From contig CM052817.1 of NCBI GenBank assembly GCA_028534125.1, positions 89,716,001 to 89,780,000 on the forward strand: a stretch of DNA of 64,000 bases, written 5' to 3'. Below, in pieces: positions 12,646-30,879 of this stretch. A model generated the notes under the pieces. It did no database searches, had not been told where the DNA came from, and saw only the letters and a list, made by a program, of their open reading frames with translations. Source of the stretch: Lama glama. Taxonomy: Eukaryota. A program made the translations under genes and the position numbers. How positions within the stretch are numbered: the first letter of the stretch is position 1; every line of letters begins with the position of its first letter.

Positions 12646-14249
12646 AGAGTAGAGAGACTCACAGCTCACCCTCTCCCACAAATACAAGAAGAATTAAATC
12701 TACAAACCCACTAAATTGCACAGAACACCTACTGAACTCTGGAAGAATGTTCCTCACTTCAAAATACAGGAAGATTCTCACAAAATACAGTAAGAGAAAA
12801 AAGAAAATATTGGTGCAGTACTGGTCTTGCAAGGAGGGAGCAGCATAGGAAGAAAGGCACCCTCACCATGGGACGCCCTCTCTCCAGCCAGGAGGTCAGC
12901 AGGGACAGAAGCAGAGATTCTGAGGCTTGGAGGAGAAAGTGGCAGCCGCTTGGCAGACAGAACTAAGGGAAATTGACATGGAGGGTCCCTGCGATCCTCA
13001 GTTCTAGATGCAACCCAGCAGGGACAAGCTGGGTCTGGCTGCTGGATTATCAGTGAGGAGGCTGGGGCCCACTGCACAGAGGCAACCTCAGGGGACTGGA
13101 GAGCAGTGTAAGGTCTGGCTGCAGGTGTGTGCGGAGCAGAATAACCTAGGACTCCCATAAAAAGCAACACTGCTGGTGTGTAGAGGGGAAGGATGCAACA
13201 TAGCCGTGCCATAGCTGCTTTCTCCTCTTGGCTCCATTGTTGGTGTGTTCTCACAAGGGAGAGGTGGGGCTTGGTCATAGACATCACTGCTGTGTGGAGG
13301 CAGAACTGAAAAGCTGAATCCATATACAGTGGCCCTGCAACTTCACAGGCAGGACTGAGATTTATTTACAACCCCAGGCAGAGAGGGTGGATCTGCTCTA
13401 TCTGGACCCTTTGTGGACCTACACCTCTGGGACAAATAGGCAGTGAGTAGAATTCTGGCACATGACAGGGGCCAGTACAGGTATTTACAACAGGCCAGCT
13501 TCCTGTACCATATATGGAGGCAGGGCTGGAGTCTGTGCTGACCCTGTCGTGCACCAGAATTCAGGTGTGTGACTGCATGCTCCCTATGGTGGGTCCTAGT
13601 GCTTGGCATTGGCAAATATACACTGGTGGTCTCTGATACTCAGAACCTGGGGGACACCAGAACAGGTAGCTGACATTCCCGCAGCTGAGGCAAAGACAAA
13701 GGCAGCATCAAAAAAGAGTACTTTGTAAGCCCACATAACAAGTGACAGACAACACCACAGAGGGCACATCTCAGTGGACATCTCCTGCCTACTCTTCTTA
13801 ACCAGCTGAACCGCTCCAACTCTGCCTACTACAACCACAGCTCAGGTACAGGTTAAGAAGCCTCTTTTCCAGCAACAAAGGAGCAGACCTGGTTTCTGTC
13901 AAGGCTGTTACAACCACAGAACAATAAAGGAGGCCCCGTTCAATAACAACAACAGGTCAGGTTCTGTTCACCACAACACCAACTACACCCTTAATCAAAG
14001 GGATAATAGCTAACACACAGAGAAGAAAGAAACCATCCATACCAAGAACAGCCATCGCAACAAAACTATTAGATGCACACAATCTATACAGGAATGTTCC
14101 CACCTTAAATAAAAACAAACAAACAAAAAATAAAACATCCCTTCAAGATCACAGTAAATAACTGATACTCTTAAATCCATAGATCCAGAGAAAAGGAAAA
14201 GAAAGAAACAAAGAAGAAGTACCAAATCACCTGGAAAACAAAGTTCAAA

Positions 14250-18100
<3,851 letters not shown>

Positions 18101-18445
18101 AAAAAAAAAAAAAGACAAACAAACTTATTTACAAAACAGAAACAGACTCATAACCATAGAAAACAAACTTATGGTTACCAGGGGGACAGTGGAAAGAGAG
18201 TGGGAAGGGATAAATTGGGAGTTTGAGATTTGCAGATATTAACTAATATATATTAAATAGATAAACAACAAGTTTATACTGTATAGCATAGGGAACTATA
18301 TTCAACATATTATAGTAATTTATGGTGAAAAAGAATATGGAAACAAATATATATACATATATATATGTATGTTCATGTATGTCTGAAGCATTATGCTGTA
18401 CACTAGAAATTGACACAACACTGTAAACTGACTATACTTCAAGAA

Positions 18446-18484
<39 letters not shown>
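18446..18484. repeat. (TA)n microsatellite in place of the L1 poly(A) tail
   Basis: Lies between the L1 3' end (ctgactatacttcaagaa) and the 3' TSD. Confidence 0.9.
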
Positions 18485-18487
18485 CAA

Positions 18488-21400
18488 AAAAGATATTTAA
18501 AAAAACTAAAGGAAGATATGAATAAAGTCAAGAAGATGACATATAAGCAAAACGGATATATCAATAAAGAGACAGAAAAATCTAAAAACTAAACAATAAT
18601 AAAAAATTCTAAAGCTGAAAATATAATAACTGAAAACTTCACTAGAAAAAGTCAAAGGCATATTTGAGTAGGAAGAAAAATAATCAGTTAATCTGAAAAT
18701 AGAGCAATGGAAATCATCCAGCCTGAGGAACAGACAAAAAAAGATTAAAGAAAAGTGAATAGAACCTAAGGGACCTGTGAGACACCATCAAGTGGACCAC
18801 ATAAGCACTGTGGAAGTCCCAGAAGGAGAAGAAAGAAAAAAAGGGCATGGGTTATTTGAAGAATTAGTACCTGAAAAATTCAAAATTTGATGAAAGACAT
18901 GTGTATAAACATCCAAGAAGCTGAACATATTCCAAATAGAATAAACTCAAAGAGACCCATGTGATACACATTTGAAAGATAAAGAGAGAATCTTGAAAGC
19001 AACAAGAGATTATAGATTATAGATTTCTTAGCCAAAAGGCAGTGGGTTGATAAATTTAATGTACTTAAAGAAAAAAAAAAAAAAGTCAACCAAGTATCCA
19101 GTTCAACAAAATTGTTCCTAAAAACTGCAGAAAAAATTAAAACATTCCTAGATAAACAAAAGCTGAGGGAACCTGTTACCACTAGATCTGCCATGAAACA
19201 AATACTTGAGTCCTACAGGATGAAATGAAAGGACACCAGACAACATGATGAAATAAAGGTATCAGTAAAGGTAAATATATGGGCAATTAAAAGGCTAACA
19301 TTATTGTAACAAAAGTGTGTAACTTCACTTTCTGTTTTCCATATGATTTATAAGACCAACATATTTTTAATAGCTGTAAGATCATATAACTTTTCCCCAC
19401 ATTTTGTTTTCTACATAAAATAAGAGATGAAAAATTAAATTTTATTTAAGACACAGACTGTATAAAGATGCAATATATGGGATCAACAACTGAAAGAAGT
19501 GGGGATGGGCTTGTAAAAGAGCTGAGTTTTTGCATGTCATTGAAGTTAAACTGGTATCAATTCAAATTAAAATGCTGTAACTCTAGGATAGTATATGTAA
19601 TTCACATGGTAACCACAAAGAAAATAGCTATAGCATAAAAGGAAAGGAGAAAGGAATTTAAGTATATCACTACAAAAAAAATAAATAAACACAAAATAAG
19701 ATAGTAATCAAAGAAATAGAAGACAAAAGAGGTTTAAGTCATAAAGAGAAACAAATGGCAAAATGACAAAATCAAAAGCCTTCCTTATCAGTAATTACTT
19801 CAAATATAAGTGTATTAAACTCTCCAAACAAAAAACAGAAATTGTAAGATTGGATTAAAAAACATAATCTAATTATATGCTGTCTACAAGAGATTGACTT
19901 TATATCAAAAGACAAAATAGGCTGAAAGATAAAAAATTGGAAAAAATATTTCATGCAAATAGTAAGTAGAAGCGAGCAGGAGTGGCTCTGTTAATATCAG
20001 ACAAAATGGACTTCAACAATTAGAAGATATAAAGAAGGACATTAAATATTAATAAAAGGTTTAATGCAGGAAAATACATAACAATTATAAACATTAATAT
20101 ACCTAATAACATAATATTAAAATATATGAAGGAAAAATTGACAGAAATAAAGGGAGAAATAGACAGTTGTGCAACAATAGCTGGAGACATAATACCTCAC
20201 TCTCAATAATGGAAAGAACATAAGTAAAAGAAAAGGAAAGAAGATAATAAGAAAATAGAGGACTTAAACAACACAATAAGCCACCTAGATTTAAAAGGTA
20301 TTTACAGAACACTTCAACAACACAATACACATTCTTCACAAAGTGCACATGGGAAATTTTTGAGGACATATCATATGTTAGGCCACAAATTAAATCTCAT
20401 TAAATTTAAAAATAAAGATATCATACAATGGAACTTCTCTGACCACAACAGGATAATGTCAGAAATTAATAACAAGATTTAAAAAATTAGAAAATCCTCA
20501 AATTTGTGGAAATTAAAGAACATACTCTAAATCAGTTGTCAAAGAATAAATCACAAGGAAAAATTTTAAAAATATTTACGATAAATGAAAATGAAAACAC
20601 AACATACCAAAAGTTATAGGAACACCAAAAGTAGTGCTAAGGGGAAAATTTGTATCTATGAACAATTTCTTTAAAAAACAAGAAAGATAAGAAAAATAGC
20701 CTAACTTTACAAATTAAGGACCCAGAAAAAGGAGAACAAACTAAACCCAAAGCTAGCAGAAATAAGGAAATAATAATAAAGATGAATAATAAATAAAGAT
20801 TAGCAATAAATAAAAATTAGAGCAGAGACAAAATGGGGAATAGAAAAACAATTGAGTAGATCAATGAAACCAAAAGATGGTTCTTTGAAAAGTTTCACTA
20901 AATTGACAAACCTTAAGCTAGATGGACTAAGAAAGAAAGAAAGAAGACTCAAATTACTAAAATCACAAATGAAAGTGGTGCCATTACTACCAATTCCACA
21001 GAATTAAAAAAAAATTATGAGTATAATATGAGCAACTGTATGCCAAGAAATTGGACAGCATAGATTATGGACAATTTCTTAGTAACAAAAAACTCATGAA
21101 GCCTATACCATGAAAAAGTTAAAAAAAATCTAGAAAGACTTAAAACTAATACAGTGATTGAATCAGTAATCAAAAATTATCTGGCAAAAGAAATCTTCGT
21201 ACCTGATGGTTACACTGGTGAAGTCTACTAAATCTTAAGTAACACCAATCCTTTCCAAACTTTCCCAAATAACTGAAGAGGAAGAAACAATTTTAACTCA
21301 TTTTATAAGACCAGTGTTACATCAATACCCAAACCAAAGACATTACAAGAAAAGTACAGACATTGTCTCTTATGAACATTGATTCAAAAATTAACAAAAT

Positions 21401-23248
21401 ATTAGCAAGCCAAATTCAGTGGCATAGGAAAAGATTATATACCATGACCCAGTGAGATTTATTCCTGGAATGCTAGAATCACAATATGAAAATTCATCAA
21501 TGAACTATATTACAGTAATAAAATAAAAGAGGCCAAAAAATGATCATCTCAAGTGATACAGAAAAGCATTTGATAAAATTCAACACCCTTTTTGATAAAA
21601 ACACTCAACAAACTAGGAATAGAAGGAAACTATCTGAACATAATAAGAGCCAAATTAAAAACTAAAAGAAAACATAATACTAAATGCTAAAACCCTGTAA
21701 GCTTTTCCTTTAAGTTCTGGAACAAGGGGAGTATACCAGCTTTCACCACTTCTATTCAACAGAACCCTGAAAATTCTAGCCAGAGCAATTAGTCCAAAAT
21801 AAAAAATAAAGTTATTCTAATTAGAAAGTAGCAAAATTATCTCTGTTCACAGATGACATGAGTTTATATGTACAAAATCCTAGACATTACACACACACAT
21901 ATACACGTATTAAATTCAGAACTAATAAATTCAGTAAAGTAGTGTGATACAAAGTGAACATGAAAATCAGCTGCAATGCTACTCACTAACAATCTGAAAT
22001 AAGTTTTCAATCTGAAAATAAATTTAAGAAAAGAATTTCATTTATAATAATATCAAAAAGAATGAACTATTTAAGAATTAATTAAGGAGGTAAAAGATAT
22101 ACAATTAAAACTACAACACATTACTGAGGAAATTAAAGACAAATAAACGGAAAAGACATGCTTATGCACTGTAAGACAGTACTGTTAAGATATCAGTATT
22201 ACACAAAGCTATCTACAGATTCAATGTAATCTCTATTAAAATGCCAATGATTTCTGCAAAGATAGAAAAACATCCTATAATTAATATGGAAACTACTTCA
22301 TATTGCCTAAGCCAAGACAATCCAAAAAAAAAAAAGAACAAAGCTGGAAGACTTACACTTCTTGATTGCAAAACTTGCTATAAAGTTCTAACAATCAAAA
22401 CAAAATGTAGTAATACTGTCATAAAGATAAATAGAATGGAATAGAATAGAGAGCCCAGAAATAAACTCTCACATATATGGTCAAATTATTTTTGACAAAT
22501 GCCAAGACCATTCACTGGAAAAAGGACAGATTTTTCAACAAAGCCAAAAAATTTGAAAATGATGTTATTGGTTATGATGTCGAGAAATTGATGATTTGGA
22601 GAAATGAGAATCCTTGTGCACTGTTGGTGGGAATGTAAAATGGCACAAACTCTGTGGAAAACAGTATGGTGGTTCCTCAAAAAATTAAAAATAGAATTAC
22701 CATATGATCCAGTAATTCCACTTCTGAGTATGTACCCAAAGACTTTAAATCTCGGTCTCAAAAGATATATTTGTACACTCATGTTCATAAAAGCATTATT
22801 AACAAAAGCTAAAATATGGAAGCAACCTAAATTTCATTGATGGATGAAGAAGATGAGCAAAATGTAGTATATACATACAATGAAATATTATTCAGCTTTA
22901 AAAAGGGGGAAAATTTTGACATATACTAACATGGATGAACCTTGAAAACTATGCTAAGTTAAATAAGCCAGTCACAAATGGACAAATATTCCATTTACAT
23001 GACATACATACAGTAGTCACAATCATAGAGACAGAAAGAAGAATGCTGGCTGCCAGGGGCTGGACAAAGGGGAAGTGAGGAGTTATTGTTTAATGGATAC
23101 AGAGTTTCAGCTTTGTAACAGAAAATGGTTCAGAAGATAGATGGTGGTGACACTTTCAGAGTGTCACAATACTAAACTATATACACTGAAAAATGGTTAG
23201 GATAAATTTAATGTTATATGTATTTTACCACAATAAAAACTTGAAAAA
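18488..23248 (+). mobile_element. Old L1 (L1MB2/3-like): rest of ORF1, spacer, ORF2 and 3' UTR
   Basis: ORF1 remnant ~18500-19230, ORF2 remnant from ~19760 ([33 protein letters not shown]), L1MB-type 3' end (gagttattgtttaatggatacagagtttcag...tattttaccacaataaaaa). Confidence 0.9.
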
Positions 23249-24699
23249 TTATATACTGATTTATATATAAATATGGAAATCCATAACTAATTTCAAAAAT
23301 ATTTGTTGACAAGAGATAAGATTTGGGTACAAAGTTGTCAATGGTGATTCTAAAATGAGCATTATTACTAGCAATTATTTAAATTTCTACTTACTGACAG
23401 AATAGAAAAAAGATATAAATATAATAATTCTATGCATGACTTTATATATGACTTCTACATCAAATTAATTAAAGAACTATATAACTAATTATACTATAAA
23501 AATCTTATAAATAAAACTGATGATAGTTTGAATCAATTATTTTCATGCCTAATATTTTCTTACTATTAATGATTTAGATTAGAGCATATCAAATAATTAT
23601 CATAATGTTCAGAGTAAGAAATAATACTGAAATAGTATTAACTGGATTTATGGAATAAGTAAACACAAGTTATTAGTTGGTAATGCCAGAAATATATTTT
23701 ATATTATGCAATATTTCTAAAAACTTCAAATGTCTTCATGTAAAATTGAGTTAGAATGTATTGCCTGATACAGCCAAAGCAAATACTCAAGTGCTCTCCA
23801 TGTCCAGTTTTTTGCCATTCCTAGGAATTGTGGCATTTCATTCTACTCTTATTTTGTAGATCCCCCTTGTATTTGGCAACAGAGGTAATTTTCCATCTCT
23901 GTAGTTAGAATATAAACTTCCTTTGCCACTGCTTCCAAATTGCACTGTTCTGTCTGTCAAAAACAGCTGGGCTGAGTAAGAAAATAATACTGGTCGATTA
24001 AAAAAATGCAATCTAGAAATGTGAACTATTTGATTACACTAAAATAGAAAGTTTAAACTAATCATTTGCTAATCTCACATCTTCTTTGAAACAGCTTTTG
24101 ATGAAAAGGTTAGCAGAAACATCAAATTTGTGGGTTCTGAATGGTTTGTTTGCTGGGTAAACATACACAATATTTTCTAAATGTGTTGTTAAGTAAACTA
24201 TGGTTGATTTCAGTAAAATTATTTTGGTTTCAAGAGGAATTCTGCATAAATATTCACAAACTGAGCTAAATTCCTTTCAACATCAAACTACATTTGAGTT
24301 AGTTTACTGTTAGTCATTTTAAAAATGTAAACAAAAATTTCTAAAATTACTAAATTTGGATTCAAAAATGTAAAATGTTCTTGTGTTTCTAAATTGCTCA
24401 TTGCCTTATGTTACTAAGGAAGCACTGTTGAAAAACTCATTTCCTATAATGAGTTTCTTAGGATCAAGTGTAAATTAAAATGCGCCAGAGATATAGTGCT
24501 TATGCTTTTTTGGTTATGAAGTTATTTTCCCCACAAACTGTCTGCCAGGCTTTGAAAAGCTGAGGTGCCTACTTTAAACTTTACATTAACCACTGCCAAA
24601 CATAAGAGTGGCATATGCCTCTCAAATCACTGGAGAATACAAAAAATATATACTAAACATAAACTACATACCAAGAGACAGAAGAAAAAAGAATAAAAA

Positions 24700-25040
24700 T
24701 AATAAAAAGGACTAAATAAAAGTGACATAATTTTAAAGTCTATAATGCCAAGCATATAAATTATAGCTATAAAAGATTTCAGCTTCCCTATTAAAAGGCA
24801 CTATTAAATTGGCTTAAAGGTCTAAATACATATTGTCTACAAAATACATGCCTAAAAGAATGAAGATGTATTAAAAAAAAAACCAATAAACAGGCATAAA
24901 CAAAAATAAAGCAGAGGTAACATAATTAATCTCAGGCAAAGTACAATTTAAGATAAAATCACCAGAGAGTAAAAATGGTTATTTAATAATGATACAATTT
25001 ATAATACCCAATCAGCACGTGCTATTCATAAAATTGTACA
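24700..25040 (+). mobile_element. Ancient L1 ORF2 endonuclease-region fragment
   Basis: ttccctattaaaagg...atattgtctacaaaatacatgcctaaaa...aaagcagaggtaacataattaatctcaggcaaagtacaatttaag. Confidence 0.6.
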
Positions 25041-25523
25041 GGTCTGTTTTGTGCTAGTCTCAGCTGATGGATAGTAATACCATCAGCTAGAAATGCCTTG
25101 GGGCCCTCTCATTGAGCTCAAGGGTGGGATCTAGAGTTTCAGACTCACTTTTTATTGGTGAATTTAAAACACATAAGCAGTAATTTGAAGTGCAGCAAGA
25201 GAAAAAACAAGTGGTCCAAATGGTCAGGTAACAAAATCTACCAAAATCTCTAAAATAAAGGAGCCTCAATGGGGAAATGCATCCTGTCTCTTTACCTAGT
25301 CTTGTGGCTTGCAATGTGTTCATTTGAGATAGCCTTCCCCGGAACAGTTGCTTCTTTGAAATGGATGCCTTTTTGTAGTGGATGCCTGCCTCAGCAAGCA
25401 AAGCTTAAGTCAGGCTCTTGCATTACAAAAAGAAAAGCCAAGTGTCAGAGTTTACACTGCAAGGTTAAATAATGTAACCTTAAAATGCGTGAAGCTAAAG
25501 TGCATGGGTCAAGTAACAGGATT

Positions 25524-25911
25524 TGTTGTATGTTTTGTTCAATGGGAAGCAGATCTGAAAGAATTTAATGTTCAGGATATTTATTAAGGAAGGCCCTTGA
25601 AAGGAGAAGAAGCAGAACTGGTCAAAGTCAAGTTAGACTCAGGCCTGACAATTTCAGCTACCACCATGTGGGTCTGCGGAGCATCCCAGAGTTCTTCATG
25701 TTGAGCTAGACTTTATACTCCCACCTTGACCACTCATTGGATACAGGCTACCGCCTCAGATCATGACTAGGTTAAGTGGCTCACTACAACAGAAGGAATT
25801 CCTGAAGGGGCTACAGCTGAAGGCTTTCTACTGCCAGCACTCCCCACAGCTGAGGCAAAAATCCCTTCCTTGAAGAGAGATCATGGTTAGTACATCTGTG
25901 CATCCTCCATG
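25524..25911 (-). mobile_element. ERVL LTR, LTR16A-like (3' LTR of the adjacent provirus remnant)
   Basis: Antisense LTR16A-type blocks: ggaagcagatctga...tttattaagga, ctttatactcc...cactcattggata, cagctgaaggctttctactgccagcactccccacagctg. Confidence 0.75.
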
Positions 25912-28900
25912 GTCCACTCCACTTAGATATAATTTTACATATGTAATCAGGGAGCAGTTCCCTAAGATTCTGTTGAGCTTCTCTTCTGGAAGGAAACTTA
26001 GATAAGGAAAGTTAGCAGGATGATTGCAATCCACATGTTAGGTAGTTAGATAAGTGGGGGCACCAGGCAGATAGGTGGGGAAGAGGGAGGATGGTCTGGA
26101 AGATGGTGTTATGCCTGCCTTCAGCATAAAGGGACTTTACTTCTTCTAAGAGAGTGCCAGCAAGAAACCAGTTAGAACCCCACAGCCACAACTGCGTGGT
26201 AGCAGAAAGGACTTAACCAGACATGACCCAAAGCTCACTGTATTATAATTAGCATTGCGGTTTAGGCTCCCCCATAGGTTCTTCTGTGTGCATCATGGGT
26301 AAGGACATGTGCAAAGGGGGCAAACATGACTAAGCATTCCAGAGACAAGAGCCATCAGTCAATCAAGACACCACCTATAGGCAACAGTATAAGAGAAAAG
26401 GGAGACAAAACCCATAGCTTATCCTCCCTTGGATCAGCCCACCTCCCGTTCTTGGAGGTGTACTTTTCCTTTTCTAAATAAATTTTTAAAAATCTTTTGC
26501 TACCCAACACACTGTCTCCTGACTGTAAACTTTTCTTTCAGGTATGACAAGAACCGGGGTCTTTACCTTTTGGGGTAACACACGTAATAACATCTCATTT
26601 CAGGACCATGATATTAAAAATTTACTATCCACTCTACCATTCCCTTACCTTCCTTTAGTATCTCTGCTGGCTTAGCTGATGGTACGAGCCAGCTAGACTC
26701 ATCCCTGAGGAGTCTAGGACTGGCCACCATAACATTCCTAGGTCAGCTGTACATTTATTATTAAAACTGAAGAAGAGACATTAAGCAGTACCCAAGTGGA
26801 TTGTCTGGGTATAAACATTATTTTTCAGCAACTTTTCCTCTCCTGAGTATTACCATTAATACACCTGTGAAAAATCATTATTCATTTTCTTGCCTGCTGG
26901 ATCATGAACAAAAATGAGCCAAACAGATAGTAGCCATAGATAAATAGCTCAGTGGGACTCTTGCTGTGTCGCAGGAAGAAATGTTTCTCCTTTGAAAACC
27001 AGGTCCTCTAATGCTGTGATGACAGGAAGACAAATTCCTCAAGGGAGTTATTGGGACTAATTATAATTAGGGCTACTACAGTTTTCACTACTTCTTATGT
27101 AGACCTATGTAATTGCTCTCATTGGGCTAAGCTGTACATAAAGATATTTTATGAGAAGATGCACTACATTCTGGAGAATGACTGTCATTTTCAAGTATCA
27201 TTTCAAAGGTGGCACTTCAACTGTGACTTCAGCATGCTATGCCAACACTCTATCATAGTGGCAGCTTTTGGCTGATTGTGGTATATAAAAGAGCCAGGGA
27301 ATGGCATTGTGGTGGGCCTAATTCACGATATTCTTCACTATAAACTGGCTTCTCTCAATAGACCCAATGGTATGAGGGATTCTGTGCCGATGAATCAAAT
27401 ACTTTATGAGCCTTCAAATACTGGTGCTGGGTAAGGAATTGAGTACAGAAAAGGCAAAATTACTCTTGGAACTTGTTATCTATTCCTATCAGAATAAATG
27501 TCTGGTCTACTAGGTTAGAAGGAATCCCAAATGTCAACTTGCCACCACGTGGCATATTGGTATCCTCAAAGAATGATTCCATTTTGGGATCTCATTATTG
27601 TTCTCTGTTGCCAGCAGGTTGAACATTTGTGATGGCAGTAGCTTGAACAGTCTTGGTAAGTGAGGGACGGAGCTGTTGGGTCTGATCATCAGCTCCATAT
27701 CTAACACCCCATGACCATTAAAAAAAAATGTGTTTATCATGCTAGCCCTGGGATTACTGATGGGAGAAGCTGACTGGCATCAGTTCGCTGAGTCATTTTG
27801 TTTGTTTGGTTGTATAGTGACTCCCATGGCAGTGATCTCTGATGACAATTAATATAAAACACAAGCATCTTCATACTCCTTACCCACCTCCTTATTTCCA
27901 ACTGCATACCTCTGCCTTAGACAACCTTGTCCCTGATTTTCCAATCATTCTCCTTCCAAGACCCTACAAGGCTATTTGTCACTAAGAATAAATCAGTATA
28001 TATTTTATCCTTGGAGCATTTCCTTTATCACACTAAATGAATGACTGAATGTACAGCCTGAAGCTCTATCTTTTGGGAGCTATTTCCCTTGCCTCTGTCT
28101 TTCAAATCCAGCCCAGAATGAAGCTGTAATGCAGATACTGATTGTTTTTAGCTTGCTAACACATTTGAGCTGACCTATATGTAAAACAAGATGGGTCATT
28201 TTCTTCCTCAGTCAGCTGGTCATGACATATTCCCTGTCTGGCCATAGATAGGTATAAACTGAGGAAATAGTGATGGATTACATGCAGGGTCTGGGCTTCT
28301 TGTACATGTAGTTTTTCTGTGCCTTCTGGTCTTGTTTATACTCAGTCTTGGATGTACAACTCCCATCTTACAGTGAATTATTCTTGGACCAACCAAAAAT
28401 TGTTTGGGCTGACAAAACCCATCTCATAATGGGTAATCCCAGAATTATAGTAAATCTATATCCCATGTTCAAATAGAAAAACAGGAGTTGTCTTCAAAAA
28501 CATGGGGCCTGCATTGTGATTCCCATGCTGGGGTCTGTCATAGATTCCATGGCAGCTTTGTCCACCACTAATATCTCTAATACTATAGGATCTGCCAAGT
28601 TGTATGGACATGGTTGTAGGGCTATACACACTGCAATTTGGACCTAATGCAGAAACTTTTCCTACTCTATGTCCCACTGAAAGCTTGCAGCCTTTAATTC
28701 ACATGGTTTATGGGCCAGAGCAGTTTTCTTAGGTACAGCATATATTGTCTCCAAAAACCAGATAAGCTTAATAAGAGTTATGCTTCCTTATGTGTTGCAA
28801 AATGGTGTGTTTTATCTTTTACTTGGATGGTAAGTTCCAGCATGCTCCTGACAACTAGACCTCTACAAAGTTATTAATGTGGCAGTTTCCTAAGTCCTTA

Positions 28901-29320
28901 TAGGGTCTCCATCTGACCAAAATGTATGTGTCTTGCCAAGGTCTCCGAATTACTAGCTAATTCCTGCTTATCCAGACTGATTACACAATGAAATCAATAC
29001 AGTGGACCAATGTGATATTCTACAGAATGCCCAGAGATTCCAGACCTCTTTGAACCATGTTATGACAGAGGACAGGAGAGTTAATATAGCCCTGAGGTAA
29101 AGCCATTTATGTACAGTACTGTCTATTATATGAAGCAAATTATTTCAGAGTCTTTTTTCCAACAGACATTTTAAAAATATATTTGCCACTTCAATAGCTG
29201 CTTATTATGTACCTGTGGTTATATTTATCTGCTCTACCAAAGATACTACTGCATCCAACATGGTAACTACAGTGGAGACTACCACATAGTAGAGTGTGCA
29301 GCTGAAGCTGATACATGGAT
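25912..29320 (-). mobile_element. ERVL (HERV16-like) internal region with decayed pol
   Basis: Minus-strand translation of 29106-28981 gives MALPQGYINSPVLCHNMVQRGLESLGIL*NITLVHCIDF, matching the ERVL RT LPQGYINSP...LVHYIDD region. Interrupted by an LTR at 26036-26580. Confidence 0.85.
26036..26580 (+). mobile_element. Solo LTR of ERV1 type (545 bp)
   Basis: TGTTA...TAACA inverted termini, 4-bp TSD caca/cacg, TATA-like gtataag near 26388, AATAAA at 26477-26482. Confidence 0.85.
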
Positions 29321-29529
29321 AAACTCTGGAATATCATTGCATCTTTAATTGGTAAATATAAGCAATTGATTGGAAAATTTAAGCAATGTAATTATTGAAA
29401 CATAAACAATTAAGAACCAAACAACAGGACTTGAATACCTTAACCTGGGTATTAAAAATTTTTTTAACCCAGTTTCTTTTGATGGACTCCAAACATCTTT
29501 GAAGCAGTAACCATTCCATGCTTCACAGA

Positions 29530-29700
29530 TTCAAAGAATCCTTGAGTTGAAATGAGCAATTAATGATCCTTATTTATAGAAACTTAGACTCACAGAGGTT
29601 AAAATGATTTACCTAAGGCCACACTGGGCAGAATCAAAGTACATGTAAAGAACTACTGACACTAAGACCACAGTGCATTCAGTAAATCATTCTGCTTTTC
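29530..29700 (-). mobile_element. MIR-family fragment
   Basis: gaaacttagactcacagaggttaaaatgatttacctaaggccacac. Confidence 0.6.
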
Positions 29701-30879
29701 ATTCTATTTAATCTACACAATTTCATGTCTTTTCTAACTATTTTCCCATAATTAGATAATGCTGGCAATAGTTTAAGATGTGATATATATATATAATTCA
29801 TTTTTAGGTAAGTTAATTTCTCTCAGTTGAGAGATGTTTGAACTTTGGATTCCCTAAATGTCCATTGCAAAGGTTTCTAGATATAGCGAACCAAGTTGAC
29901 ATTCATCTGCATAGTGTACAGACAGATGATTCCTCAAATGCCTCCACACAAAGTCTGTGTTTATTAAAACATTCACTTGATTTATCACTTAGTTAACATT
30001 TCCTGAGGAATAGAAAGCAAAGTTTTAAGAAAAAAGGTTAATTTGAATATCTCAAGATTAGTCTTGTGAATTATGGAAAGGATATTCTAAAGCTTAGGGT
30101 CATACTAATTTTCTAATCAATACAGAGAAATATTTTTTGGAGAAACAAAATAAATAAGAACACTGAACATCTTTGTTAACTCTCAAAGGAGAAAAGTATT
30201 GGAAAGTTTACACTTTATATTAGGTAATGTGAAGACTTATTATGGAAACATACACTTCACTTCTAACATCTGGAGTTTATATGACCCAAACTGCTGGTCA
30301 ACTCATCAGGCCCACAAAGTGCACAGGTAGCAGGAATCAGGCTGCCAATCCATCGCCCTAAGCCTTGGGATGACCTGCTTTCTGAAACATCTGAGTATCA
30401 CCATTATGGGACCTGAAAGCCAGGGAAGGGAAACCAGTGACTTTTAAGTCTATGGCAATAGACACTACCTAGAAGGATCGGGTCTTTGCTAGAAACCCAT
30501 AAAGACCAAGCCTCAGCAGATAAAATCAGTTGTCTATCTCCTGGAGTCCTGAAGAAGACAGTCTGGCATATGTTTTATGGCAGGGTTATTATTCTCTAAA
30601 CAGTATTTCAATTAATTTACCTCCCTCCATATAAAGATACCAGATTTTTATTTCCAGTTGGGGTAACAAGAAGAACAAGAGTCAAGAAGCAGGTGAATTC
30701 TTCAGGTCACCCCTTGAAAAACTGAAGAACCAGGAAGATAGGCAATTTAGTGATAAAGGAATTAAATGAGAAGGGAGGAAAGGAAGTCCAAGAGGCAATA
30801 ATAATAGTAATTTCTTGATAAATTAAAATTATCATTGATTGTAATTATTATTATAATTAACGCATTAATTATTTAAAAT

